The notes: generated by a model not told the origin, from the letters alone. A DNA stretch of 64,000 nt from Bacteroidaceae bacterium (GCA_045629325.1 JAZQQX010000027.1:11049-75048), one strand, 5' to 3'. Positions 8,749 through 19,003 are shown, counted from the first letter of the stretch. Made by a program: numbers and translations.

Positions 8749-10182
8749 ATGATAGAATTGAAGCCTGCAAGCGTTTTTGAATGCTTTAGCCAAGTGAACA
8801 AAGTGCCCCGCCCCAGCAAAAAGGAGGAGCAGATGATAGAGTTCTTGATGAATTACGGTACTAATCTGGGCTTGCCCACTAAGCGTGATGCGTGTGGCAA
8901 TGTACTGATTAGTAAGCCTGCCACTCCCGGTATGGAAGGTAAACCAACCGTGATCCTGCAAAGCCATATGGACATGGTTTGCGAACCCGTGAGCCATGAT
9001 TTCACCCAACCCATTGAAACCTATGTGGATGGTGAATGGATGAAGGCCAAGGGTACCACTCTCGGTGCTGACGACGGTATTGGTGTAGCAATGCAGATGG
9101 CTATCCTGGCCGACAAGGATATTCAGCATGGTCCTATCGAGTGTCTTTTCACCCGTGATGAGGAGACAGGTCTGACTGGCGCATTCGAGTTGGAGGCAGG
9201 TTTCATGACCGGCAAGTATCTCATCAACCTCGATAGTGAGGATGAGGGCCAGATTTTCGTAAGTTGTGCTGGTGGTTGTCGTACCAAGGCTGTATTCGAC
9301 TATCAGGACGAGGCTACAACCGCTGGTATGTTTTTTGCCCGTCTGAAGGTAAGCGGACTTACAGGTGGTCATAGTGGCGATGATATTGAGAAGAAGCGTG
9401 CTAATGCCAACAAGTTGCTCGTATGGTTCCTCTACCAAACCATGCAGAAGACCGATCTTCGCCTTGCAGATATTCAGGCTGGTGGTCTGCACAACGCTAT
9501 TCCCCGTGATGCAGAAGCCGTAGTGGCTGTACCCATGAGTTACAAGGAGCAACTCCGCATAGACTGGAACATCTTCAGTAGTGAGATGGAGGAACTCTAC
9601 AATGTGACGGAGACAAAGGCACAGTTTGACCTGGAGAGCGAGGAGGCTTCGGCCACTTTGATTGACAAGAACACCTCAACCCGCCTCATCACCGCATTGC
9701 AGGCCGTTGATAATGGTGTATTTGCCTTCTGTCAGAATATTGAATTGGTTGAGACCAGTAGCAACCTCGCCAGCATACATCGTTTGCCCGAGAGCCATAC
9801 CATAGAGATCAACAGCAGTCAGCGAAGCAGCCTGCTTCAGGCGCGTCATATCATGAGCAACACCATCAAGGCAACCTTTGAGTTGGCTGGTGCCCGTGTT
9901 GATGTAGGTGAGGGTTATCCTGGTTGGGCTATGAATCCCAATAGTGTACTGCTCCAGGTTGCTGTAGCCCAGTACAAGACTCTCTTCGGCAAGGAACCCC
10001 TCGTTCGTGGTATTCATGCCGGTTTGGAGTGTGGCTTGTTCAGCGAGAAGTATCCTGGTCTGGATATGGTAAGTTTCGGTCCCACACTCCGTGGTGTACA
10101 CAGTCCTGATGAGAAGTTGCTCATCCCCACCGTACAGATGGTATGGGATCACCTGCTGGCCATCCTGAAGAATATTGAATAA
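8749..10182 (+). CDS. pepD: Aminoacyl-histidine (Xaa-His) dipeptidase, M20 family
   Basis: PRPSKKEEQMIEF and VILQSHMDMVCE are PepD-like. The ATG at 8749 is preferred over the tracked GTG at 8704. Confidence 0.88.
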   Translation: MIELKPASVFECFSQVNKVPRPSKKEEQMIEFLMNYGTNLGLPTKRDACGNVLISKPATPGMEGKPTVILQSHMDMVCEPVSHDFTQPIETYVDGEWMKAKGTTLGADDGIGVAMQMAILADKDIQHGPIECLFTRDEETGLTGAFELEAGFMTGKYLINLDSEDEGQIFVSCAGGCRTKAVFDYQDEATTAGMFFARLKVSGLTGGHSGDDIEKKRANANKLLVWFLYQTMQKTDLRLADIQAGGLHNAIPRDAEAVVAVPMSYKEQLRIDWNIFSSEMEELYNVTETKAQFDLESEEASATLIDKNTSTRLITALQAVDNGVFAFCQNIELVETSSNLASIHRLPESHTIEINSSQRSSLLQARHIMSNTIKATFELAGARVDVGEGYPGWAMNPNSVLLQVAVAQYKTLFGKEPLVRGIHAGLECGLFSEKYPGLDMVSFGPTLRGVHSPDEKLLIPTVQMVWDHLLAILKNIE

Positions 10183-10237
10183 GTAAGACGCTCTCCTTGA
10201 ATCATATAGATATTAGGAGAAGCGTGATGAACAGATT

Positions 10238-11719
10238 GTGAAGAAACTGCTATACATTATATCACTCATCGCAGGACTACTTGTGGTAGCCTGCGATGAT
10301 TATGATAAATGGACATCATCTGCTGATGCCCGTCTGACCTTCTCGTGCGATACGGTCCGGTTTGATACTATCATAACTGGGCAGAGCAGTAGTACTAAGA
10401 CGCTCATAGCCTTCAATAATGGCGATGCAGGTCTTCGCAGTATAGCCGTAAAACTTCGTGATGGTGCGAAAAGCCATTTCCGCATCAATGTAGATGGGCA
10501 ATATCTGGCAGGAGGTGAGGGTGACGACTTCGAGATACGCAGACGAGACAGTATCGTGGTGCGTATTGAAGTTCTTCTGCCCGAAGTGGGCGACACCGTG
10601 ATCCGTCACTATGAAGATCAACTCTACTTCACGCTTGAGAATGGTCACACACAGGAGGTTCGTCTGCAAGCTGATGGCATGGATGTACAGATGGTACACG
10701 GCTTGATAGTGGACCACGACATGACCTTAACCGATGGCATGCCTTATCAGGTCTTCGACTCTCTTGTCGTGTGCCCCGGTGCCACTCTTACTCTTGCTCC
10801 TGGCACGAGGTTGCTTTTCCACGACAATGTGTCGCTTCTCGTACACGGTTCGCTCTGTGTGAACGGTACGACGGATAGGCCCGTAGTGCTCCGTAGCGAC
10901 AGAATGGATAGGATGTTCGACTATCTTCCTTATGACAATACGCCCAACCACTGGGGGGGCGTGCATCTCTATGCTGACAGCCACGACAATGTGATAGAGT
11001 ATTGTGACTTGCATGGTGGCGACTATGGTATTATCTGTGACAGTCTGCCGTCCCTTGATGCAGAGCATCCTTTCCTTACACTCCGTCACAGTATGCTTCA
11101 CAACATTGGAGGTGATGGACTTGTTCTTCGCCATACTTCTGTACTCGTGGTAGGTACGCAAATCAGCAATATCCAGAACAACTGTGTTGACATCCTGGGA
11201 GGTGATGTGGTGATGGTACATTGCACCGTGGCTCAGTTCTACCGCTTAGCTATTCCTGGGAATGCCCTCTATCTGAGCAATCTTGATGCCGATGAACAGT
11301 TGGTGCCCATTCGCAGGGCTCATTTCCTGAATTGTGTATTCACAGGATATGCTGACGATGTGATCATGGGAAATCTTGCGCCAGAGTATGATGCACCTTG
11401 CGATTATCTCTTTGCCAACTGTCTGCTTCGTACGGAGAAGAGTGACGACACAGATCGTTTCCGCGATGTGGTGTATGACAACAAGGAGCTTGAACCCTAC
11501 AATTATTACGACCATTTCGTGCTGTTTGATTCCTACAATTTCCTATACGATTTCACCCCTTGGAAGGATAGTCCTATCAGTATGATTGGCAATCCTCTGT
11601 ATAGCGAACAATACTGTACCTCTGACCGTTATGGTCGTCCCTTTGTCGTTGTTGACAGCAAGGTGCCTTGTGGTGCCTATGCATCGAGTGCTGAGAACAA
11701 ACCTGAAGAAGAAAAATGA
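10238..11719 (+). CDS. Lipoprotein with right-handed beta-helix-like repeats, unknown function
   Basis: GTG start, lipobox LLVVACDD. Repetitive ...NVIEYCDLHGG.../...NIGGDGLVL.../...NNCVDILGG... segments suggest a parallel beta-helix. Confidence 0.6.
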   Translation: MKKLLYIISLIAGLLVVACDDYDKWTSSADARLTFSCDTVRFDTIITGQSSSTKTLIAFNNGDAGLRSIAVKLRDGAKSHFRINVDGQYLAGGEGDDFEIRRRDSIVVRIEVLLPEVGDTVIRHYEDQLYFTLENGHTQEVRLQADGMDVQMVHGLIVDHDMTLTDGMPYQVFDSLVVCPGATLTLAPGTRLLFHDNVSLLVHGSLCVNGTTDRPVVLRSDRMDRMFDYLPYDNTPNHWGGVHLYADSHDNVIEYCDLHGGDYGIICDSLPSLDAEHPFLTLRHSMLHNIGGDGLVLRHTSVLVVGTQISNIQNNCVDILGGDVVMVHCTVAQFYRLAIPGNALYLSNLDADEQLVPIRRAHFLNCVFTGYADDVIMGNLAPEYDAPCDYLFANCLLRTEKSDDTDRFRDVVYDNKELEPYNYYDHFVLFDSYNFLYDFTPWKDSPISMIGNPLYSEQYCTSDRYGRPFVVVDSKVPCGAYASSAENKPEEEK

Positions 11720-12189
11720 ACACCACACTCATAGTTATTGGTAAAACCAATGATGACCGCTTTCGTACAATTATTGACGAATACACAGGGCGCGTCAATC
11801 ATTATATGCCTTTCAACATTGAAGTCATCCCCGAACTGAAGCAAGCCAAGAACCTGAGTTTTGACCAGCAGAAGGATCGTGAGGCAGAGATGCTACAGAA
11901 GGTTCTCAAACCGGGTGACTATATCGTGTTGCTCGACGAACATGGTCGTGAGCGCCGTTCGATGGATTTTGCACAATGGATGCAGAAGAAGATGTCGGCT
12001 GGACCAAAGAGACTGGTCTTTGTGGTGGGCGGACCTTATGGTTTTGCTAAGCAGATTCACGAATTGGCTCATGAGGAGATATCCCTCAGTCAGATGACCT
12101 TCAGCCATCAGATGATTCGCATGCTTTTCGTTGAACAGATATACAGAGCCATGACCATACTCCACAACGAACCATATCATCACGAATAA
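11716..12189 (+). CDS. rlmH: 23S rRNA (pseudouridine1915-N3)-methyltransferase
   Basis: 157 aa. LDEHGRE, FVVGGPYGF and TFSHQMIR match the SPOUT-fold RlmH. There is a 4-nt ATGA overlap with the upstream gene. Confidence 0.9.
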   Translation: MNTTLIVIGKTNDDRFRTIIDEYTGRVNHYMPFNIEVIPELKQAKNLSFDQQKDREAEMLQKVLKPGDYIVLLDEHGRERRSMDFAQWMQKKMSAGPKRLVFVVGGPYGFAKQIHELAHEEISLSQMTFSHQMIRMLFVEQIYRAMTILHNEPYHHE

Positions 12190-12270
12190 TAATTTATCTC
12201 ATAAGCATACAACCCCAATAATCCACCACTCCTTGTAGTCTTACGCAAGGCTCATATCCTTACAACCACC

Positions 12271-15200
12271 TTGGAAATAACCGATTTACTTTCTCAATAT
12301 GCGAAACACCCTGGCGTGAAGTCCATGGGTAAGGTGTTTCTGTCAGACAACACAGCACGGCGTATCTATCTGGAGGGACTCCAGACCTCTGCCTGTGCCT
12401 TGGCCTTTGCATCGTTGAAAGTAAGTCAGCCTAAGGCTATGAAGGTGCCTTATCTCTTCGTGATGGACGATCAGGAGGATGCAGGTTATCTTTATCACGA
12501 CCTTGTGCAACTCTTAGGCGATGAGGATGTGTTGTTCTTTCCCAGTTCGTTCCGCCGTGCCGTGAAATACGGACAGAAGGATCCTGCCAATGAAATTCTG
12601 CGCACCGAGGTGTTGAGCCGTATTGCTTCTGGCAGGTTGCCTCTCTTTATTGTCAGTTTTCCTGATGCTCTTGCTGAGTTGGTCGTTTCGCATGAAGAGT
12701 TGAGTGACCAGACCTTGGTGCTTCGCCGAGGTGAGACGGCTGACCTTGAGGTCACAGAACAGGTGCTTTTCGAATATGGTTTTGAGAGGGTGGACTATGT
12801 GTACGAGCCTGGACAGTTTGCCGTGAGAGGTAGCATCCTTGATGTATTCAGTTTCTCTTGCGAAAATCCTTATCGTATTGATTTCTTTGGCGATGAGATT
12901 GACTCTATCCGTACATTTGAGGTACAGACTCAGTTGTCGCTTTCCAAGAAAGATGAGATAAGCATCGTACCCGAACTTCAGCATACGCGCAACAAGCAGG
13001 AGTGTGTGCTTCGCTTTTTGCCTGAGCAGACCATACTTGTCACCAAGGATCTTCTTTATCTCTGTGAGTGCGTTGGTCATATCTACGAAGAGGGTTTCTC
13101 GCTTCAGGCTTTTCGCGAGCAGGAGGCTACAGGTGAGCAGAAGGTGTGGAACCGTGAGGAGACGCTTGTCAACGGAGAGCAGTTCATGCGCGATGTTACG
13201 GTGTTCAGGACGGTAGAGATGGGACAGAACGGGGCAGACGGCCATGATGCCGTGATTCGTTTTGATATATCTCCACAACCTACCTTCCATAAGAATTTTG
13301 ACTTGGTTCATTCCACGCTTCTTCGTTATCAGGCCAAGGACTATGCTCTCTTTATACTTGCCGATTCGCTCAAGCAGACTGATCGTCTGAAGGCCATCTT
13401 CCAGGATCAAGGTAGAGAGATTGGTTTCTCTGCTGTGAAGAAGACGCTTCATACTGGTTTTGTGGACAATACGATGAAGATGTGTATCTTCACCGATCAT
13501 CAGATTTTCGACCGTTTCCATAAATACAACTTGCGTAGCGACAAGGCTCGTAGTGGCAAGGTGGCTCTTTCCTTGAAGGAGTTGCAACAGTTCGAATTGG
13601 GCGATTTCGTGGTGCATGTGGATCATGGTGTAGGTACTTTCAAGGGACTGAAGCGTATCCCGCAGGGAGGCACCATTCAAGAGGTCATTGAGATTGGCTA
13701 TAAGGATTCGGGATCTATCTTTGTGAGTATTCACTCGCTCCATAAGATCAGCAAGTACAAGGGTAAGGAGGGTGAACCTCCTCGATTGAGCAAACTGGGA
13801 AGCGGGGCGTGGGAGAAACTGAAGGAACGCACCAAATCCAAGATCAAGGATATTGCACGCGATCTCATACTGCTCTATGCACGGCGTCGTGAGGAGAAGG
13901 GTTTCGCATTCTCTCCGGATAGTTTCATGCAACATGAGTTGGAGGCTTCTTTCCTCTATGAGGACACGCCCGACCAGAGCAAGGCTACGCAGGATGTCAA
14001 GCACGACATGGAGCGTCCACGCCCCATGGATCGTTTGGTTTGTGGCGATGTGGGATTTGGCAAGACAGAGGTGGCTGTGCGTTCTGCCTTCAAGGCTTGT
14101 GTGGACAACAAGCAGGTGGCAGTCTTGGTTCCTACCACCGTACTGGCTTATCAGCACTATCATACTTTCCTCAACCGTTTGAAGGATTTTCCTGTAAAGA
14201 TTGAATACTTGAGCCGTGCTCGTTCTGCTCAGCAGACCAAGCAGGTGCTTGAGGGGCTGGCTGATGGTAGTGTCAATATTGTGATTGGTACGCATAAGTT
14301 GATTGGCAAATCGGTGAAGTTCAAGGATCTCGGTCTGCTGATCATCGATGAGGAGCAGAAGTTTGGCGTGAGCACCAAGGAGAAGTTGCGTCAGATGAAG
14401 GCCAATGTTGATACGCTGACGCTTACAGCGACTCCCATTCCCCGTACGCTTCAGTTTAGTCTGATGGGTGCACGCGACTTGTCTGTCATCCAGACTCCTC
14501 CTCCCAATCGTTATCCCATACAGACCGAACTGCATACTTTCAACGCTGAAGTTATTGCTGATGCAGTAAACTTTGAGATGAGTCGCAACGGACAGGTGTA
14601 TATCGTTACCAATCGTATTGCATCATTGTCCGACTTGGTGGCTATTGTCAATAAATATGTACCCGACGCTCGTGTATGTGTTGGTCATGGGCGTATGAAT
14701 AGTGAGGAACTGGAGCATGTCATCCTCGACTTTGCCAACTACGATTATGATGTGCTGATTTCTACCACGATCATTGAGAATGGTATCGATATCTCCAATG
14801 CCAATACGATCATCGTTTGCAATGCTCAGAACTTTGGTCTGAGCGACTTACATCAGATGCGTGGTCGTGTGGGGCGTTCCAATAAGAAAGCCTTCTGCTA
14901 TCTGCTTTCTCCTCCGCTCAGTCTGCTTCCTCCTGAAGCTCGTCGTCGCTTGCAAGCGCTTGAGAACTTTTCTGATCTGGGTAGCGGTATTCATCTGGCC
15001 ATGCAGGACCTGGATATCCGTGGTGCGGGCAATCTTCTGGGTGCTGAGCAGAGTGGTTTCATCTCCGACCTGGGTTATGAAACTTATCAGAAGATTCTCA
15101 ACGAGGCTGTCAAAGAGCTTCGCAATGATGAGTTCCGCGAACTTTATGAGCAGGAGTTGCAACAGGGTAGGCAGGTGGATGGTACTGACTTTGTGGACGA

Positions 15201-15651
15201 ATGTCTTATCGATTCCGATCTTGAGATGTTCTTCCATGAGGACTATGTGCCTACAAGTAGTGAGCGTATGTTGCTTTATCGTGAACTCGATGGCTTGGAG
15301 AGCGATGAGCAGATTGAGCAGTTCCGTCAGCGTATGATTGACCGTTTCGGAGCACTACCCGAACCGGCAGAGGAATTGGTCCGCGTGGTCAAGCTTCGTC
15401 GCCTGGGCAAGCATTTCGGTGCAGAGCGTATTGTGCTTAAACAAGGTCGTATGCGCTTGTTCTTTGTGTCTAATTCGGACAGTCCCTTCTATCAGAGTCC
15501 TGTCTTTGGCCAGGTCATTTCCTTTGCCAGTGTGAATGTGCGACTTTGCAAACTCGAGCCACAGTCTGGTCACAACACTTTCAAGGTTGATGGTATCCAT
15601 AGTGTGGCCGAAGCCATCGCTATGCTCGAACGAATATCAAAATGTCGCTAA
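12271..15651 (+). CDS. mfd: Transcription-repair coupling factor
   Basis: 1126 aa. Contains GDFVVHVDHGVG (CarD-like), helicase motif I GDVGFGKTEVA, LIIDEEQKFG (DExx) and the RGRVGRS motif. TTG start as tracked; the first in-frame ATG (12325) is an alternative. Confidence 0.93.
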   Translation: MEITDLLSQYAKHPGVKSMGKVFLSDNTARRIYLEGLQTSACALAFASLKVSQPKAMKVPYLFVMDDQEDAGYLYHDLVQLLGDEDVLFFPSSFRRAVKYGQKDPANEILRTEVLSRIASGRLPLFIVSFPDALAELVVSHEELSDQTLVLRRGETADLEVTEQVLFEYGFERVDYVYEPGQFAVRGSILDVFSFSCENPYRIDFFGDEIDSIRTFEVQTQLSLSKKDEISIVPELQHTRNKQECVLRFLPEQTILVTKDLLYLCECVGHIYEEGFSLQAFREQEATGEQKVWNREETLVNGEQFMRDVTVFRTVEMGQNGADGHDAVIRFDISPQPTFHKNFDLVHSTLLRYQAKDYALFILADSLKQTDRLKAIFQDQGREIGFSAVKKTLHTGFVDNTMKMCIFTDHQIFDRFHKYNLRSDKARSGKVALSLKELQQFELGDFVVHVDHGVGTFKGLKRIPQGGTIQEVIEIGYKDSGSIFVSIHSLHKISKYKGKEGEPPRLSKLGSGAWEKLKERTKSKIKDIARDLILLYARRREEKGFAFSPDSFMQHELEASFLYEDTPDQSKATQDVKHDMERPRPMDRLVCGDVGFGKTEVAVRSAFKACVDNKQVAVLVPTTVLAYQHYHTFLNRLKDFPVKIEYLSRARSAQQTKQVLEGLADGSVNIVIGTHKLIGKSVKFKDLGLLIIDEEQKFGVSTKEKLRQMKANVDTLTLTATPIPRTLQFSLMGARDLSVIQTPPPNRYPIQTELHTFNAEVIADAVNFEMSRNGQVYIVTNRIASLSDLVAIVNKYVPDARVCVGHGRMNSEELEHVILDFANYDYDVLISTTIIENGIDISNANTIIVCNAQNFGLSDLHQMRGRVGRSNKKAFCYLLSPPLSLLPPEARRRLQALENFSDLGSGIHLAMQDLDIRGAGNLLGAEQSGFISDLGYETYQKILNEAVKELRNDEFRELYEQELQQGRQVDGTDFVDECLIDSDLEMFFHEDYVPTSSERMLLYRELDGLESDEQIEQFRQRMIDRFGALPEPAEELVRVVKLRRLGKHFGAERIVLKQGRMRLFFVSNSDSPFYQSPVFGQVISFASVNVRLCKLEPQSGHNTFKVDGIHSVAEAIAMLERISKCR

Positions 15652-15703
15652 ATGACTCACTTTAGGTGGATATTCTTTCTTCAATAACTTAAAGTAGATT
15701 AAA

Positions 15704-15738
15704 TTTTAATTTTCAATTTTCCATTTTCAATTAAATTT
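15704..15738. repeat. T-tract heptamer repeat (TTTTMAT/TTTTCMA units) overlapping the -33 region of the sigma-54 activator gene promoter
   Basis: TTTTAAT TTTCAAT TTTCCAT TTTCAAT read directly. It shares the 17-mer ATTTTCCATTTTCAATT with 19008-19024. Confidence 0.7.
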
Positions 15739-15740
15739 CT

Positions 15741-15748
15741 TACCTTTG
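15741..15748 (+). promoter_or_regulatory. -7 box TACCTTTG
   Basis: Exact TAnnTTTG, 20 nt upstream of the ATG at 15768. Confidence 0.5.
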
Positions 15749-15767
15749 TGCGCTTAAAAGGATTAGT

Positions 15768-17024
15768 ATGCACACACCGGGTTTAGATAACATCAAGAAT
15801 AAATATGGGATCGTAGGTCGTGACGAGCGACTCTACCGTGCCCTTGATACTGCTGTTCAGGTGGCGCGTACCGACCTTTCTGTCCTTATTCAGGGAGAGA
15901 GTGGTGTGGGTAAGGAGGTCATTCCTCGTATTATTCACGATTACTCTCCACGCAAGACAAAGAGATATATCGCCATCAACTGTGGTTCGATACCTGAGGG
16001 TACTATCGACTCCGAACTTTTTGGTCACGAGAAGGGCTCGTTCACGGGTGCCATAGGTGAGCATGATGGTTATTTCGCTGCCGCCGATGGTGGCACACTC
16101 TTTCTCGATGAGGTGGGTGAGTTGCCTCTCAGCACCCAAGCCCGGCTCTTGCGTGTGTTGGAGACGGGTGAGTATATCCGTGTGGGTAGCAATGAGCCTC
16201 GCAAGACGAATGTGCGCATCGTTGCCGCTACCAATGTCAATATGCAGCGTGCCATCCGTGAGGGTAAGTTCCGTGAGGATCTCTACTTCCGTCTTTGCAC
16301 CATCAGCGTGAAGATGCCTCCCTTGCGTGATCGTGGCAATGATGTGTTGCTTCTTTTTAAGAAGTTTTGCTACGATACTGCAGAGCGCTACCAGATACCC
16401 CAACCTCTGCGTCTCTCTCCCGAGGCTGAGGATGTGATGCGCACTTATAAGTGGCCCGGTAATATCCGCCAGCTTCGCAATTTGGCTGAGCAGATGAGCA
16501 TCCTTTGCTCTGATCAGCGCATCATAACGCCTGAAATATTGGCTGGTTTCGATATCTATCCTGGCTCTGACGGCACCGACATGGCTCCCTTGAGTGGAGA
16601 TAGTGCCAATGATATGTATACATATTCGAAGGAGCGCGAAATGATATTCTCTATTTTGGGCAGATTGACCAATGAGGTTCGAGACTTGAAGAATACTGTC
16701 GGCCAAATTCTTTCCAAGGGGCAGATTGGTGAGGTTTCAGACGCTTTCCATCCTGCCATGGTTCCTTTACCTGAACCCTTGCCCGATGTTCAGAAGGCAG
16801 AACCAGCACCTTCTTATATCCACACTATTGAGGAGGAAGAGGACGATGATGCTGTTGTGATAGAGGAGAAGACGGATCTTAATCTTGAGAAGATGGAGCG
16901 TAAGTACATTGAGGAGGCTCTTCGTCGCAATCATTATCACAGGCGTTCTGCTGCTCAGGATTTGGGCATCAGCGAGCGTACGCTTTATCGCAAGATAAAG
17001 GATTATGGTATTGAGGAGATTTGA
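15768..17024 (+). CDS. Sigma-54-dependent transcriptional activator (AAA+ plus C-terminal Fis-type HTH; no receiver or sensor domain)
   Basis: 418 aa. Contains GESGVGKE (Walker A), GSFTGA (GAFTGA-type loop), LFLDEVGEL, WPGNIRQL and C-terminal ISERTLYRKIK. Confidence 0.88.
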   Translation: MHTPGLDNIKNKYGIVGRDERLYRALDTAVQVARTDLSVLIQGESGVGKEVIPRIIHDYSPRKTKRYIAINCGSIPEGTIDSELFGHEKGSFTGAIGEHDGYFAAADGGTLFLDEVGELPLSTQARLLRVLETGEYIRVGSNEPRKTNVRIVAATNVNMQRAIREGKFREDLYFRLCTISVKMPPLRDRGNDVLLLFKKFCYDTAERYQIPQPLRLSPEAEDVMRTYKWPGNIRQLRNLAEQMSILCSDQRIITPEILAGFDIYPGSDGTDMAPLSGDSANDMYTYSKEREMIFSILGRLTNEVRDLKNTVGQILSKGQIGEVSDAFHPAMVPLPEPLPDVQKAEPAPSYIHTIEEEEDDDAVVIEEKTDLNLEKMERKYIEEALRRNHYHRRSAAQDLGISERTLYRKIKDYGIEEI

Positions 17025-17054
17025 TTTTTATTACTGACTGTTGATGATTATTCT

Positions 17055-17582
17055 ATGATACGGGTTTTACACAGATATTCGGCATTGATAATGATGATTC
17101 TGTCATTGTCTTTTGTCGTGTCTTCTTGTATCATATCCTATAAGTTCAATGGTGCAAGTATTGACTATAAGGTCACGAAGTCTATTCAGATCGACAATTT
17201 CCCTATTCGTAGTGCTTATGTATGGGCTCCCATGCAGAGCATATTCCAGAACAAGCTTTCGGACATTTATGCATCTCAGACCCGACTGAAGCAGGTGAAG
17301 CGCAATGGTGACTTGGTTCTTTCCGGTGAGATTACGGGATTTGACCAGTACAACAAAGGTATAGCGAGTGATGGTTATAGTAGTCAGGTTCAGCTGAAGA
17401 TGACTGTCAATGTCCGTTTCGTCAATAAGAACAATCATAATGAAGACTTTGAGCGTACATTCTCTGCTACTACCGAATATGATGCCACACAGCAACTTAC
17501 TGCTGTACAGGAAGAACTTGTAACGCAGATGGCCAAGGATATTACCGACCAGATATTCAATGCTACGGTAGCCAATTGGTAG
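17055..17582 (+). CDS. LptE-like LPS-assembly lipoprotein
   Basis: 175 aa with lipobox VVSSC. Size and position between the sigma-54 activator and secG match Bacteroidales LptE-family genes. Confidence 0.6.
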   Translation: MIRVLHRYSALIMMILSLSFVVSSCIISYKFNGASIDYKVTKSIQIDNFPIRSAYVWAPMQSIFQNKLSDIYASQTRLKQVKRNGDLVLSGEITGFDQYNKGIASDGYSSQVQLKMTVNVRFVNKNNHNEDFERTFSATTEYDATQQLTAVQEELVTQMAKDITDQIFNATVANW

Positions 17583-17631
17583 TCTTAATCTCTTATCTAC
17601 TATTTTTCATTTCATATAACCTTCTCCCAAC

Positions 17632-18453
17632 ATGCAGAAAGCTCTCCTTGATATTCGCTCCGTTCTGTCGCAAGATGGCATTGTAGATGCTTCTGCCTTG
17701 CCTGTTTTGCGTGAGGTTGTTGATCGGTTCCCGTTCTATCATGCTGCTCGCATGCTACTGCTCCGCTTGCTCTATCAGCAACGCGATTCGCAGTTCAATG
17801 AGGAACTTCGCATTGCTTCGCTTTATTTGCCCTCTCGTGCTCGTATTTATCAGGAGATTGAGGGGGATTCTATGCGTCCTTCTGCTGAGCCTGAACGGGC
17901 TATGACGGGTGCCACTCATTCGCGTAAGAGTTCTACTCCGGTCGATGTGACAAGGTCGCATGGCGAGGATCGCACGGGTACGCTTATCGATTCTTTCCTC
18001 CAGACCACTCCTTCTGTTCTTATGGATAGTCGTTCGGGGCGTCCTGTCGATGCCACTACCGACTATATCTCTTATCTGCTTCAGGAGGAGGCTCAACAGT
18101 CTGCTCAGCAGAGTGGTGCTACTACTCCTATAAGCGAGTCGATAACAGATTCTGCCTCTCCCCGTCAGTCGCTCATCGAGGACTTTATTTCTACCCAGGG
18201 TGACGGTCGAATCCGCTTGTCGGAAAAGAAGGATAGTGAGTTGCAGAAACCTACTCTCGTTGAGAGTGATAATACCGACAATCAGGGTGCTTTGACCGAA
18301 ACTTTAGCCCGAATTTATATAAAACAAGGTAAATTTGAGCAGGCAATTAAAATTATTAGGCAATTATCCTTGAAATATCCAAAAAAAAATCGTTACTTTG
18401 CAGACCAAATTCGATTCTTAGAGAAACTTATTATCAACAATCAGGCTAAATAG
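17632..18453 (+). CDS. Hypothetical protein with C-terminal TPR-like helix pair
   Basis: 273 aa. C-terminal ARIYIKQGKFEQAIKIIRQLSLKYPKK is TPR-like; the middle region is low complexity. Confidence 0.55.
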   Translation: MQKALLDIRSVLSQDGIVDASALPVLREVVDRFPFYHAARMLLLRLLYQQRDSQFNEELRIASLYLPSRARIYQEIEGDSMRPSAEPERAMTGATHSRKSSTPVDVTRSHGEDRTGTLIDSFLQTTPSVLMDSRSGRPVDATTDYISYLLQEEAQQSAQQSGATTPISESITDSASPRQSLIEDFISTQGDGRIRLSEKKDSELQKPTLVESDNTDNQGALTETLARIYIKQGKFEQAIKIIRQLSLKYPKKNRYFADQIRFLEKLIINNQAK

Positions 18454-18519
18454 GTGTTTTCTCTATATCGTTCTGTAAATATCAAGTTGTAAGATTAATA
18501 ATAAAAACATATAAAATTT

Positions 18520-18927
18520 ATGATTTACACTATCATTGTAATTCTCGTTGTTTTGGCATCTATTCTGATGTGTGCTATTGTATTCATTCAGGAGTCTAAA
18601 GGTGGCGGTTTGGCAAGCGGTTTCTCAAGCGGAAACTCTATGTTGGGCGTGCGTAAGACTACTGATGTAGTTGAGAAGACCACCTGGTCATTGGCTGGTA
18701 TCATGGTAGTACTTTGTGTACTTTCTGTTTTCTTCCTCAACAATGGTAATAGCGCTAATGCCAATCAGTCGGTTACTGAGTCACAGACTGGTGCTGCTAC
18801 TGAGCAGGCTACCAATGCTGCCAATCAGGCTCCCGTACCCTCTACCCCTGCTGTAGTTGAGCAGGCAGAGGCTCCCGTTGAGGCTGCAGAGGCTCCCGCA
18901 GAGACTGCTGAGACTCCCGCAGAGTAA
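18520..18927 (+). CDS. secG: Preprotein translocase subunit SecG with Ala/Glu/Pro-rich C-terminal tail
   Basis: Two TM segments flank QESKGGGLASGF. The tail is AEAPVEAAEAPAETAETPAE. Confidence 0.85.
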   Translation: MIYTIIVILVVLASILMCAIVFIQESKGGGLASGFSSGNSMLGVRKTTDVVEKTTWSLAGIMVVLCVLSVFFLNNGNSANANQSVTESQTGAATEQATNAANQAPVPSTPAVVEQAEAPVEAAEAPAETAETPAE

Positions 18928-18954
18928 ATTTGTTTTTACTTCAATCAACAAGAT

Positions 18955-18993
18955 AAAGGATGTACTCTGTCATGGAGTGCATCCTTTGTTTTA
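18955..18993 (+). terminator. Intrinsic terminator after secG
   Basis: AAAGGATGTACTC / GAGTGCATCCTTT stem with one G-U pair and loop TGTCATG, followed by GTTTTATTT. Confidence 0.7.
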
Positions 18994-19003
18994 TTTCGCG
19001 CTG

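Noticed and set aside
12514-14535. A 673-aa ORF antisense to mfd, plus many other long antisense ORFs (231-1175, 1548-2375, 8674-9552, 15783-16706, 29169-30440, 33434-34636, 35325-36230, 40691-41755, 52917-53621, 54197-54856).
   Set aside because: The mfd-antisense ORF is exactly codon-aligned with the sense frame, so its stops can only arise from sense TTA, CTA or TCA codons, which appear to be avoided here. These are shadow ORFs. Their translations are low-information, and the sense-strand genes have clear family motifs.
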